NCBI GenBank assembly: GCA_040285825.1
Contig: JAUPSS010000001.1
Location: 3,348,001 to 3,412,000 of the forward strand
From: Eukaryota sp. TZLM1-RC
Lineage: Eukaryota > Protista > Metamonada: BaSk clade
DNA length: 64,000 bases
Reading direction: 5' to 3'
A program made the position numbers and the translations under genes. Under the pieces are notes generated by a model that saw only the letters and a program-made list of their open reading frames with translations, had not been told where the DNA came from and ran no database searches. Every line of letters begins with the position of its first letter. Position 1 is the stretch's first letter. Shown one piece after another: positions 36,153 through 46,661 of this stretch.

Positions 36153-37100
36153 AGATAAGCATGGAGGGAGAAAAAAAACATTTTTATTTTGCCAAAAGGT
36201 TGTCAAATATTCTTCCAGTTTGGTTTGGCGAGGTAAAGAGATGTTGATGGAACCCCGTCAGTCATTGCCTAAATTCTCGTTGTTGAGTGAACGAGTTTAC
36301 GTGTTGTTGGATATACTTGTTGGGACGACTTCTGTACGTGGATACTGATGATCGTTTCGCATGTAGGTTATTCAAAAAGTCCGCGTCGAACCAGGGTGAT
36401 ACAGGTTCGAACTTGTCCGGTTAAGAACTATCTTCTCGCTCCATGAATTCTCTAAAATATGTGGGAGCTGTTTTCGTCAGCTCTGTATAATTGTGAATCT
36501 CTGATTCGAATCTGGGATTGAACTACGCAGGCATTTCAGAAAGTAGGATATCTTCTAAAGCGGTCCTATTTGTTTGTTCGATGGAAGGTTTTCTGATTAT
36601 CCTTCTATACTGGTGTAAAAGAGAGCCCTTCCAATCCATTGTGTCTTTGATTGGAACGGCCATAATTTTCTTTATCCGTTTATCCATACCGAAGAGACTG
36701 GGACGGCGCTCTGCGTTACGTCCGACAGTCTCTCTACTCAAATTGTAAGCTCGTTTCTTTTGTTTAGGGCGATTGCTAATACCCGTTGGGTATCCCTAAC
36801 GAAACTGGAAACCAACGTTTCTGCCCCTCTTGAGAACCGAGCTCCATAGAGGAGGAAGCTGCTCGAATAAACGGAAGTCTGTTGATTGAAGGTAAGCTTC
36901 CGCGTCCTTTCATAGAAGATTATAGAACCCTTCATTCGAATCGTCCTCCCCTTCCATATTGTCTAGTTGAGTTTGATGTTCATCGTACTCTCCCAGTAAA
37001 GGAAGACGTGGTTAAGGTGGGATTTTTATCCGTTACCTATCTAACCGGTTCTACATTTGGGAGAGGAGAGGGAGCCGGACCTGTTCTCATTTAGTGCAAT

Positions 37101-39020
37101 TTAATTAACAGCAACATCAAGGTCATACAAATATTTGGAAACTGATGGATTAAGCAAATGACTATTTTCAGGGAGACGATTGAGCAATTCAAAAATAAAA
37201 TTTTTGCCACCACCAACAAAAGATGCTTGACAAAGAACTGAAGATTTAGTTAAGTCAACACCACCAAATTGTGAAGATGAGAACAAGTGGGCTCGAATTA
37301 ATTCAAAATTCGCTTTTAAAAGGGAAGCAAAGAAACTTGCACGAAGATGATTAAATGATCAGCAAAAATTGATAGACAAAGATGGTGCTGTCGACCTTAA
37401 TAAGTGAGTACTTTTTTCGGAGTAACCAAGTTTTAAAATAAAAAATTGATATGTTTCTCTATTTCTAATTCAGAAATTAATTAAAGCTCATTACCAAATT
37501 TTTCAGCTATTGCATTAAGATTTTGAGTTATTTCATCAACATTTTACAAGAGCCTAAAAAACGAAAAGCTTCTTAAGAATAATTGGTAAAAGGAATTTTA
37601 CAATTATTAATTTCACACTCTTTGAATTCATTACCAATTAATATACATTTTCGGGGATTCAAGTGAAGTTTTATATTTTCATATTGTGAAGCAATTTCAA
37701 TTGAAGCTTTTTGGACTACATTAAAAGAACCGATAAGGGAAATGTGATCCATGTAACCTACAATTTTTAGAGAAGGGTATTTTTCATTAATTGCTTTCAA
37801 ATATTTCTATATTGCAATACAAAATAGTAATGGGCCCTAAGAATTCCCTTGCTTTACATTAGATGAAGACTTTAAAGAAGATACATCATACACCAATTCA
37901 CTGGATTTACCGCAGAACAAGTAGAAATAACTTGATAGTTCAGGGAAATGTTTTTCAATTACTTCGTAAATTGGTTTTCTTTTTACACTGTTGAAAGTAT
38001 TGCTGAAATCTAAATTGAAAATAATGTTGTTTCCTTTGGAGTTAAAAAACAAGTCAAATGTTAGAGCAGCAACTGAAGCTCCATCAATCGTTTGAATACC
38101 AAATTGCAATGGCGACAAAAATTTACCAGCCTTTTTTCACAATTCTATGAAAAATAATTGAGGCAAACAAACGAGATAGAGATTCACCTACAGCAATTGG
38201 ACGAATTCCTGAAGGCTTAGAATCACTACCAGGTTTTACTAAAGCAATAAGACGTGCAGCAGTAAGCTCAGAAGGAGGAACAACATTCAATGAAACCAAT
38301 TGTTGAAAATAAAAAGCTAAATCATCTGCAATTTCAGGTGTCTTATTGCAGGCGGTTTTTAAAACATCAAACGAAATTCCTAATGGTCCAGCAGCTTTAC
38401 CATTTGGTAACTTTTTAATTAAAGCAAGAACTTCAGAAGAATTAATTGGATTATTAGTCCGAAACTTACATATTATGGGTTTTGGACAAACAAAATTTTC
38501 TTCAGGATGGAGCTTCTTTATTTTTTCAACTGTTTCAAGAGTTGGTTTAGCAATAGAGGAAAATAATGACTGAACTGCGGCACCATACTTTCCTCGAAGA
38601 CATAGGTTTTTTAGTTGTTTAACTTTTTGCATCGGATTTTGTTTAAAAACAGCATTTTTGTTGACAAAAGATTTCCTTTTTGCAAACAATTTCCAAAAGC
38701 TACTTATGTCCCATTCATTCTTTTTCAACTTTCTTGGAAATGAACGAAGTTGAATAGACAATGGGATTGAAGAAGCAGGACTGACTTCAACAGGAATCTT
38801 GACTGGGGGTCTTAGAGTATCTTGTGCTATACAGGATCGACAAAAAAGCAATGGTCTACCGTGATTGACTTCATTAATGGATTTCTAGCAAAAAGGACGT
38901 TTTTACATTAAAATTTGGATCATCATGACTTGAAATGAAATTTTCACGATTATCAGACAAGTACAAATTTTCAGACAGGGATACTTCAAAACTTCTTGTA
39001 TTTTGCTTAAATTTCGGCAT
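37101..39020 (-). mobile_element. CRE-like family E 5' portion (N-terminus + RT), degenerate
   Basis: Putative ATG at 39020 (MPKFKQ...); Cys cluster; RT homologous to 8065-9440. Confidence 0.85.
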
Positions 39021-39071
39021 TTTTGGACTCATGAGAACAACTGTTGAGCTTTAAATTATGCCGAATGCGTG

Positions 39072-39145
39072 TCCCGCGTGGCGCAATCGGTTAACGCATT
39101 CGACTCTTAATCGAAGGATTGTGGGTTCAAGTCCCACCGCGGGAG
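39072..39145 (+). tRNA. tRNA-Lys(CTT)
   Basis: Acceptor stem TCCCGCG/CGCGGGA, anticodon arm TTCGA-CTCTTAA-TCGAA, T arm GTGGG-TTCAAGT-CCCAC, downstream TTTTT. Confidence 0.92.
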
Positions 39146-39575
39146 TGCATTTTTACATTATGATGATTCCTAAAGTTTTAAGCGAATATACATTTGGCGC
39201 TGTTTTCTGATCGCCCAATATTGATTTTGGAATCAGGGGTCAGAGTAATTACGAAAAAGCTGGGTGCCTACTAATTGAGACGATTGTTTTCTGATCGTTC
39301 AAATCACCAAACATTTTTGGTGCCGAATATTTCAGGAAATACGGTAGTGTTAATTATTGAGTCAGTACAATAGTTAAAACTCTTTGTATTGTGTAATGCC
39401 CAACATTATTATTATATGGATGTAAAAATCTGTTGGTTGGAATATAACACTTTCGAGAGAAATCTTCCCATTGCAGTAAATCAAACATCGTGAAACAAAT
39501 GACCATTTTCATATAACACGTATTATAGAATATAAATTAGAACATAAAAATCCATATTGTCACATACACAAAAAC

Positions 39576-40343
39576 TTACAAATAAAAATCAACAAAAACA
39601 TAAACCAAGTCACTCCTAAATGTAGTGACTGAAAACTGCTGCTCTTCCTTGCCGCTACAATTACCCCCAACCCACCCTCTCTCATGCCCAAACTCAGCCC
39701 AATGATACCCTCCATTATTATCCTTGAACATCAACTCAAAGGAGAAGGTGTCCCACGTCGTAGCCGAGTAGAAGAGTTCAAAGTGTCCACGAACATTTCT
39801 TGGAAAGATGTGTTCAGGAATTCCCTTTGACTTGGACTGCTGTAACTGGCCATTACCATAGAAATTAAACTCGAAACGCAATTCATCGTTGGGGATTGAG
39901 TAGGGCAACGATCGTTGCAGGGAAGTAGCTCTTGACAAAGGTCTTTGTGTCGTCTCATTAGCAAAGATAAAGTCAATTGAATGGCTTGAATATGCAACAT
40001 CCGTACCTAGTAAGCTATTTATACCGTGTCCAAGTGTTGTTATGTTTCTAACATGACCGACACCAAAAGAATCATCTTTAATTGACACCGAGATGGTAGA
40101 TCGGCTTTGATTAAGCTTAAGTGAATATCGAAGATTTACTGTGAGAGCATGATGATCGATACCAAAAGAGGACTCAACACGAGAATGGTAATGCTCAGGC
40201 ATCTTTGGAGACCAGCTGCCACCTTCTAGAGACTGGCTGTATACATAGAGAGTTGAATCAGCACCGGTGAGATCATAGTATGTGCTGTCATAGTGGCTCT
40301 TGGTTGAAGCAACTGTTATTGCAAGTAGAGAGAGAAGAAACAT
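39576..40343 (-). CDS. Hypothetical secreted beta-rich protein
   Basis: Likely start at MFLLSLLAITVAST (signal-peptide-like, ATG 40343); 255-aa open frame. Confidence 0.65.
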   Translation of the reverse strand: MFLLSLLAITVASTKSHYDSTYYDLTGADSTLYVYSQSLEGGSWSPKMPEHYHSRVESSFGIDHHALTVNLRYSLKLNQSRSTISVSIKDDSFGVGHVRNITTLGHGINSLLGTDVAYSSHSIDFIFANETTQRPLSRATSLQRSLPYSIPNDELRFEFNFYGNGQLQQSKSKGIPEHIFPRNVRGHFELFYSATTWDTFSFELMFKDNNGGYHWAEFGHERGWVGGNCSGKEEQQFSVTTFRSDLVYVFVDFYL

Positions 40344-40417
40344 TTGATGAGTTAACATAACATCGAAGGTTTGGAACTTCATGAAGTTCAAATGGAAGCT
40401 GTTTTTTTCTTCAAGTG

Positions 40418-42019
40418 ATGAAGAAACTGGTTCCCTCACGCAAACAAACTTCCACAACAGCATATTGCAGCTGGTGCTTTGAAAATACGGAACATCATCG
40501 TGTAGAATTTAATGTTCTCCGACGAGCTGCATATTGTTGCTCTAACTGCCAACGGCGTACCCTTCATTGTCGTATTTGTCACCACATGGCACGTGGACAT
40601 TCCAAGATGGGTGTTATTCTTCCTGCTTATGACGATGAGCTTTGTTGTGTACATCAAGGCCTTATCGATTCCTGGGAAGATTCCAACGACACTATTTTAA
40701 ATCTTAACAAAATTGCCTCTTGCTCTCACTGCCGTGAAGAGACAGAGCATATCTTTTTGCGAAAGACCTCCTTAGGTGTTTTAGTTTACCTCTGTTCAAA
40801 TCCCAAGTGCCAGAATACGTCCATTCAGTGTTCAAACAAGGACTGTAATGCCCATGCCAAGGTCAATACCCTTCTCAAGAATCTTTGTATCAAATGTCAC
40901 GATGAAGTACCCTCTTTCGATGAGCATTTCCCCATTTGTGATTTATATTGCTCTCTCTGTCTTTTACACACCTCCCATACAGAGATATCACCTGGTGTTC
41001 ACCGGTGTTCCCTCTGCTGTGGGGTTGGAAAGCGTTGTGGTTCATGTGATTTAGCAACGGGGAGGAAAGCTGGTATGATGACCAAGACGACGTGTGTTGC
41101 CTGCAGAGAGGGTATTGATTGGGAGTCTATCATAGCTGAAATGGATTCTTTGGCTGGTGATAATGAGAATAATGATTTGGGAATTGATGACTGCAGGAGT
41201 ATTTTTGAACAAAAACTTGCCAATTATGCTGAAGATAGTGGTATTGATGGTTTTCATGTCCCTTGTATCATCATGACATCAATGTCGGCTTCTCAAAGAA
41301 TTAAAATGGCCATTTCTTTGGATATTGATTTCTCCAAAGCTTTGGAACTAGAAAGAAGAGGAACACTGCCAAAGGAAATTGCAAACGTGTTATCTGTGTC
41401 TTGTCGTGAGATAATCGAAAGACTACCTTTCACGGGTACTCCTAATTGGTACAAACTAGTTCAGCGATGCTGTATGCTTTTGTTCAACTGTTGTGTCTCT
41501 AAGGCCAAGAATTCTGACCGTGCTTCTGATGAATTATCTGGTGAGGAACTGCAAGCTCTTGAAAATGAATTCCTAACTCGTTTAGCCCGCTTTCAACGTC
41601 ACAAATACTCCACCCAAATGAAGGAAGATATTGAGGAAGGAGTGGATTCTGAATCAATGAAGGTTCTCTCAGACAAACTTGTAGCTGCTGGTTATTCCAC
41701 TACTGCAAGCAGATATCTTACAGATAGTCTTGCTGTGGCAATGAGATTATCTAATGTTTCTTTATCACGAATCAAGTTTAACTCAATGCTGATGATGCTC
41801 AATTCGGCTGGATTGAGATCTGCCACTCCCTTTATGTCAATGTTAGGCAGCAGTGTTTTACCAATATTGGGGTTGATTTCGTTGGTTTCTCTCAGTTGGG
41901 AAATTGTAGATTTGGTATTTGGTTCTGATGTGTCCAAGGCTTTTTCAGCAGTTGTTCAGATTTTAACCCAAAAGATGGTTCTTGTTTTGAACGGTGTGGA
42001 TTTTAATAAATATATGTGA
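40418..42019 (+). CDS. Cys/His-rich multi-zinc-finger protein with hydrophobic C-terminus
   Basis: Three repeats of CSxC.{4}H...C..C...C..C, followed by a helical region and two hydrophobic segments. Confidence 0.7.
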   Translation: MKKLVPSRKQTSTTAYCSWCFENTEHHRVEFNVLRRAAYCCSNCQRRTLHCRICHHMARGHSKMGVILPAYDDELCCVHQGLIDSWEDSNDTILNLNKIASCSHCREETEHIFLRKTSLGVLVYLCSNPKCQNTSIQCSNKDCNAHAKVNTLLKNLCIKCHDEVPSFDEHFPICDLYCSLCLLHTSHTEISPGVHRCSLCCGVGKRCGSCDLATGRKAGMMTKTTCVACREGIDWESIIAEMDSLAGDNENNDLGIDDCRSIFEQKLANYAEDSGIDGFHVPCIIMTSMSASQRIKMAISLDIDFSKALELERRGTLPKEIANVLSVSCREIIERLPFTGTPNWYKLVQRCCMLLFNCCVSKAKNSDRASDELSGEELQALENEFLTRLARFQRHKYSTQMKEDIEEGVDSESMKVLSDKLVAAGYSTTASRYLTDSLAVAMRLSNVSLSRIKFNSMLMMLNSAGLRSATPFMSMLGSSVLPILGLISLVSLSWEIVDLVFGSDVSKAFSAVVQILTQKMVLVLNGVDFNKYM

Positions 42020-42166
42020 ATAATTTGCTTGATTAAAAGATAAAAACTTATTTTTTTATTAAAAATCTGCAAGTAACTTCTCATAATGGAAACAGTAACT
42101 TGTTCAAATTATGAAGGAGGTTCTTATACAATGTGCCTAAAGAAATATTTAATAGCAAAAAAACAA

Positions 42167-43690
42167 TCATTTTGATTGATGACGTGATTCATGACAAAAG
42201 GCAGAGAGACAACTTTCTTTTTCTTGAAGTTTGCCAATAGACAACATACTGACCATCTTTTTTAATTCATTTTCCTGATTCAAATAGTTTGTATAACAAC
42301 ACAATCTTTCATTTGATAAATCAAATTGCTCCCTATAAAAGTCCAAATGACTTCTAAATTTCTGAATTGATCTCTTTAATGATCTCCACTCCGATTCTGG
42401 TAAAAATTTGAAAGACTCGTGATCCAACGCAGAGATACGTTCTTCCAGCTCCTGTTGTTTTTCGCAAATAGTATCAAATTTTGAAGTAAAATCAACATTG
42501 AGCTCTTTTCTGATTTGGGCAAGCTGTTCTGCTTGATTATTCAAATTTTCGTTATATTTTGCTATCCGCTGCTCAAAAAATTCAGGAATTCCACTTAAAT
42601 TACTCAACACATCCTGAACAATAAGCTCAATCCACTGGTTGACATCATCAAAATTTGAGACACTGAAATTTTGCCTCAGTTTTGACAACCCATCTTGAGC
42701 TCTTTTAATCAAAACATTTAAATCAAAAATTCCGGAATACCTGTCCCAAACATTTGACAAATTGAAAAACTCAAAATTTCCATTATTCAAACAGGTACCA
42801 AAATTTCCATTTTTGAAGGACAATATTGAAAAACCATCAACTGAACCATCTAATTCAAGTTCTATGCAAAATGAAAGCGATAATGAACAAAGAAAAACAA
42901 AAGCGTCAAAAACCACAAGTATTATATCAGAGGAAATATCAATCAATTTGATTGGTTTTTCACTGATAACTGGGATTTTGATTGGTTGGTGGGTTACTGA
43001 TATAGAAATTTGATTGTTTCTTAAAGTCAAAACCTGTAAAACACTGCTACTCCGTGAATAGTGACGAATATTTTGCCCACAATTCGAATATTTCGAAAAG
43101 AGATCACCATAACCTATTTCAAACCCATCCACATTTAAACCAAATTTTTCAATCTTAATTCGGTTTTTATCGTTGAATCCCATTGTAAACTTTAATAAGA
43201 TCAAATCACCATCGACTGTATTAACCAAAACCTGATTACTGGACAGCTGATGCATCCGACACCGAACATTAGAGGCAGAAGTGGAAGCAAATAGTGGAAA
43301 CACACGGGGAGAGGATTCGTGAAGTTGTTGGAAGAGAATCTCTCCCTCAGATAAGAAGGTAAGTATTGGAGAAGAGCCTAACTGAAGGGTGATAAAGTCA
43401 GAGAAGCCTTTGGGAATGGTGATCTTGGGGTGGATTGGAGTGGAGAGAGTAAGGTGAGGAGAGGAAAGGTCGATCCATGAGATTTGAGTTTTGTTGTGAA
43501 TGAATAACATCGATGAAGTATAGAACGAATGGTGTAGAAGGGTTGTTGGATTGAAACTGATGATTGAAGAAGAAGAGGAGGTTACATAGGGCAGTTGACG
43601 TTGAGGATCATAATCACATGATGTGAGATGGAGCTTTTGTTGATGCAGGTAGCAGAACTGGTTTGTAGAGATGGAAACACAACCAGACAT
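42167..43690 (-). CDS. Hypothetical protein (beta-rich N-terminus, coiled-coil C-terminus; Nup88-like architecture possible)
   Basis: 507-aa uninterrupted ORF; family not recognised. Confidence 0.6.
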   Translation of the reverse strand: MSGCVSISTNQFCYLHQQKLHLTSCDYDPQRQLPYVTSSSSSIISFNPTTLLHHSFYTSSMLFIHNKTQISWIDLSSPHLTLSTPIHPKITIPKGFSDFITLQLGSSPILTFLSEGEILFQQLHESSPRVFPLFASTSASNVRCRMHQLSSNQVLVNTVDGDLILLKFTMGFNDKNRIKIEKFGLNVDGFEIGYGDLFSKYSNCGQNIRHYSRSSSVLQVLTLRNNQISISVTHQPIKIPVISEKPIKLIDISSDIILVVFDAFVFLCSLSLSFCIELELDGSVDGFSILSFKNGNFGTCLNNGNFEFFNLSNVWDRYSGIFDLNVLIKRAQDGLSKLRQNFSVSNFDDVNQWIELIVQDVLSNLSGIPEFFEQRIAKYNENLNNQAEQLAQIRKELNVDFTSKFDTICEKQQELEERISALDHESFKFLPESEWRSLKRSIQKFRSHLDFYREQFDLSNERLCCYTNYLNQENELKKMVSMLSIGKLQEKESCLSAFCHESRHQSK

Positions 43691-44023
43691 GTGGTGTTTA
43701 GAGGATAAATGGACACTTTTTAAATCACATCAAATTCATAGAGATTGCAGTTTTAATGAGTTTGCTGCAATTGTTGTGGGTAGATTGCAATACTCTTTGT
43801 GAATGAGGCATTCAAAGACTCACCGCACAAATCAGTAATACGCACGAGCAGTACATCAAGTTGTTGTTGTTTAGATAATTTCTCTGATGATGAATGGACT
43901 AACAATGACTGTGAATTTAAAAAAAAACAATTTTTATTTCACAAGGAAAAACTATAACTAGGATAACAAGTAAAACAAAAACAAACAACTACACAAAACT
44001 ATACAGAACTACTAACTAATTCC

Positions 44024-45838
44024 CTAACCCCTCCATAACGTCTTGGTACAACTGTACATAGGGTATGAAGAAATATTCAACAACTTCACCATTGTTAGAG
44101 TCTCCCTTGTTCTTTCTTCACTGGGGCTGTTCAAGAACTGTTCAACACTATGTTGGTAAATTAGATCTTCATCAAATTGTTCAAAGAACGAAGCAGACTT
44201 TGGGAGAACAATTGAGTATTGGTCATTCACATCAAGAAAACCATCAAAAGGAGATTCGTTTATCTGGTAATAAACAATTGGGAAAAAAGAAGCAGCGGTT
44301 TCAAAGAATTCAGTTAGTATTCTTTCAATTTTTTTAGAGTTGGTGTCCTTTTGCAGTTTTCCAACTGTTTTAAACAACCAACACAATGGATATTTGGACT
44401 TTGAGCTGTTCGAGTCTGAGCTTATTGACTCAAACTTCGAGCTAAACTTCGCGCAACACAACAATATTGTCATAACAAATGGTTCGTTCGCAATTACTTT
44501 CTTCAAAAACTGACAGTTCGAAGTGTATTCGGTTTCGGACAAAGATTTGTTTTTAAATGATTGCTTCAACATGTTATGAAATTGTATAACATTATAATAT
44601 TGAATTCGAAGTTCAAACACCATTGAAAAGCAGAAAACCATGAAAAAGACAGAAGGCTTATTAACGCAAGATTTGTACATCAGTATGTATAGGAAATGCT
44701 CTTGGGTAAGTAGATTTTGACCTGGTCCTCCGGGGAAACTTTTTGGAGCAATTTGACCACCAGAAATGTTAAGAACGATAGGAAACATGTGAACAAAGAT
44801 CATATCATCACTCTTAGTGGAATCAGCACTAGAATATTCTTGTTTGAATCGGGCAATGCTCTCCACCACATTTTCAGCTTCGTTATTCATAATGACATTT
44901 TCCATTTTCTTGTTGCATGGGACTTCTAAATTGTAAGTGTATTGATGGCCATTCTTCTCCGTGCCATATACTTTAATGTGACCAGTTTTTGGCTTACTTC
45001 CCTTAACTTCAGAATTGCAGGAGCTTGATTCATCTTTGGTATCATGAGCATAAATGTTGGAAGATTCACATTTGGAGTCATTTACTGAAGATGACTTTGT
45101 CGTGCTTATTGGCTTGAAGTCTGCCTCTTTATTAGAAAAAACAGCAAAGTTTTCCTTGATGGGCTTATGAATTATAGAACCTTTAAGACACATTCCCGGT
45201 TCACTGAGAATGTACTGAAGATCATGACATAAACGATGATAGATGTACATAACCAGCATAACCAGCATGGAAAAAAGCCTGTCAAGGGCTGGCTACTTTG
45301 AGGTGGAATTAGGTTTATAGGTCATAACCCAGTTCGAGGCGAAAATGGAAGCTTAGGGGTTGCAGTTGATAGCGGTTACCAAATTCGAAAGGTAATTGAA
45401 GACGGGGGGTGGATTATCCAACCACTTAGTGATGTCATCAAACTCTGACGCACTAAATCCAGCAAGATCGGAGTCGAGGAACAGATAGTAATCATTGTCA
45501 TTTGGCTGAACTAAATTGAGGAGAGTGTCATGGAGACAGCAATAAGGGTCACGACCATCGGACAATTTGGCATAGGAATGCTTCAGGTGGTTCTCGATAT
45601 GGGACTTCAGGTCGGGCTCCGAAAGGCGATTACACAGTTGACATAGCATAATCTGAAATGCTGTATTGAGAGAGTCGGTAGAACACTCTTCCATGTTGTT
45701 AAAGATGATATAAATATCACCGATCGGAACTACGTTAAAACCCTCCTTGTATAGGACTTCAACGGCATTTCTGATCTTGGAAAGATTTGGCTTGCTAAGT
45801 TTCACTTCACAAATAAAAAGAATGTGTACCATAAACAC
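44024..45838 (-). pseudogene. Disrupted ~600-codon ORF of unknown family
   Basis: The 161-aa and 414-aa ORFs share a frame and are separated by an in-frame TAA and TAG. Confidence 0.5.
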
Positions 45839-45844
45839 GAAGAG

Positions 45845-46170
45845 CTTGTCTGAACAAGATTTATGATCACACCTTGTGAGTATTGGACTCAGAAGGCATC
45901 TTTAATAAAATATCTGGCATTGTGGAAAAAGAAAGCTGAAATGAAAGCTTCATTAATCATCAATCCTTCAAATCCATTTTTTCAGAAACTGAATCCATCC
46001 AACACCTCCAGTAGGTCTCTGATGTTTCAAATTCTTGGAACCATTTTTACCACAATCACCCCTTAGTATTAAAGTGTCTTTTGGATTGCCAAACTGCTGA
46101 ACAAGATTTTTTAACCACCAACTTTCAGTCTTTTGCTTGTGAATAAAAGCTTTTATGAATCCTCCACAAG
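45845..46170 (-). pseudogene. Fanzor1 internal fragment (second family)
   Basis: FIHKQKTESWWLKNLVQQFGNPKDTLILRGDCG...KHQRPTGGVG, frameshifting to NGFEGLMINEAF (RuvC-II) and LTRCDHKSC. Confidence 0.75.
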
Positions 46171-46661
46171 TCAAGACTGTAAAAGTCGATTGTCAAAAAA
46201 ACTTGCCGAAGTTTGGCAACCAAAAAGTTGGAAAAATCTATAAAAGGTACTAACGATCATAAATCAATAAGTATTGGTCCACCGTTATCTGATTCTCTGC
46301 TTTGAGAAGTATAAGGATCTCGAACTCACAGCAAGAGTAAAACAGAAGAAAAGGAAATGTAATCGACGAGTAAATGATGATTGGATTGTGTAACTTGTTT
46401 GATTTTTCATTACTTGCAAACAGAAGACTATCTTGAGAAACATCTAATTTTCCTCCTACAGTTTTCAATATAGAAGTTGTTATATTCAAAAAGAGTCATG
46501 TGTTTTTGCTCAAAGTTTTCAAAAAAAATTTAGAATAATTTTTCAAGTTAATTTTTCAAGTAAATTAAACTATAAATATATGTTCTCAAAAATTAATGAT
46601 TGACAAATCGATGTATATTCAAATTGGGGGTCTACTGTTTCTTTATAATACACTAATTATT

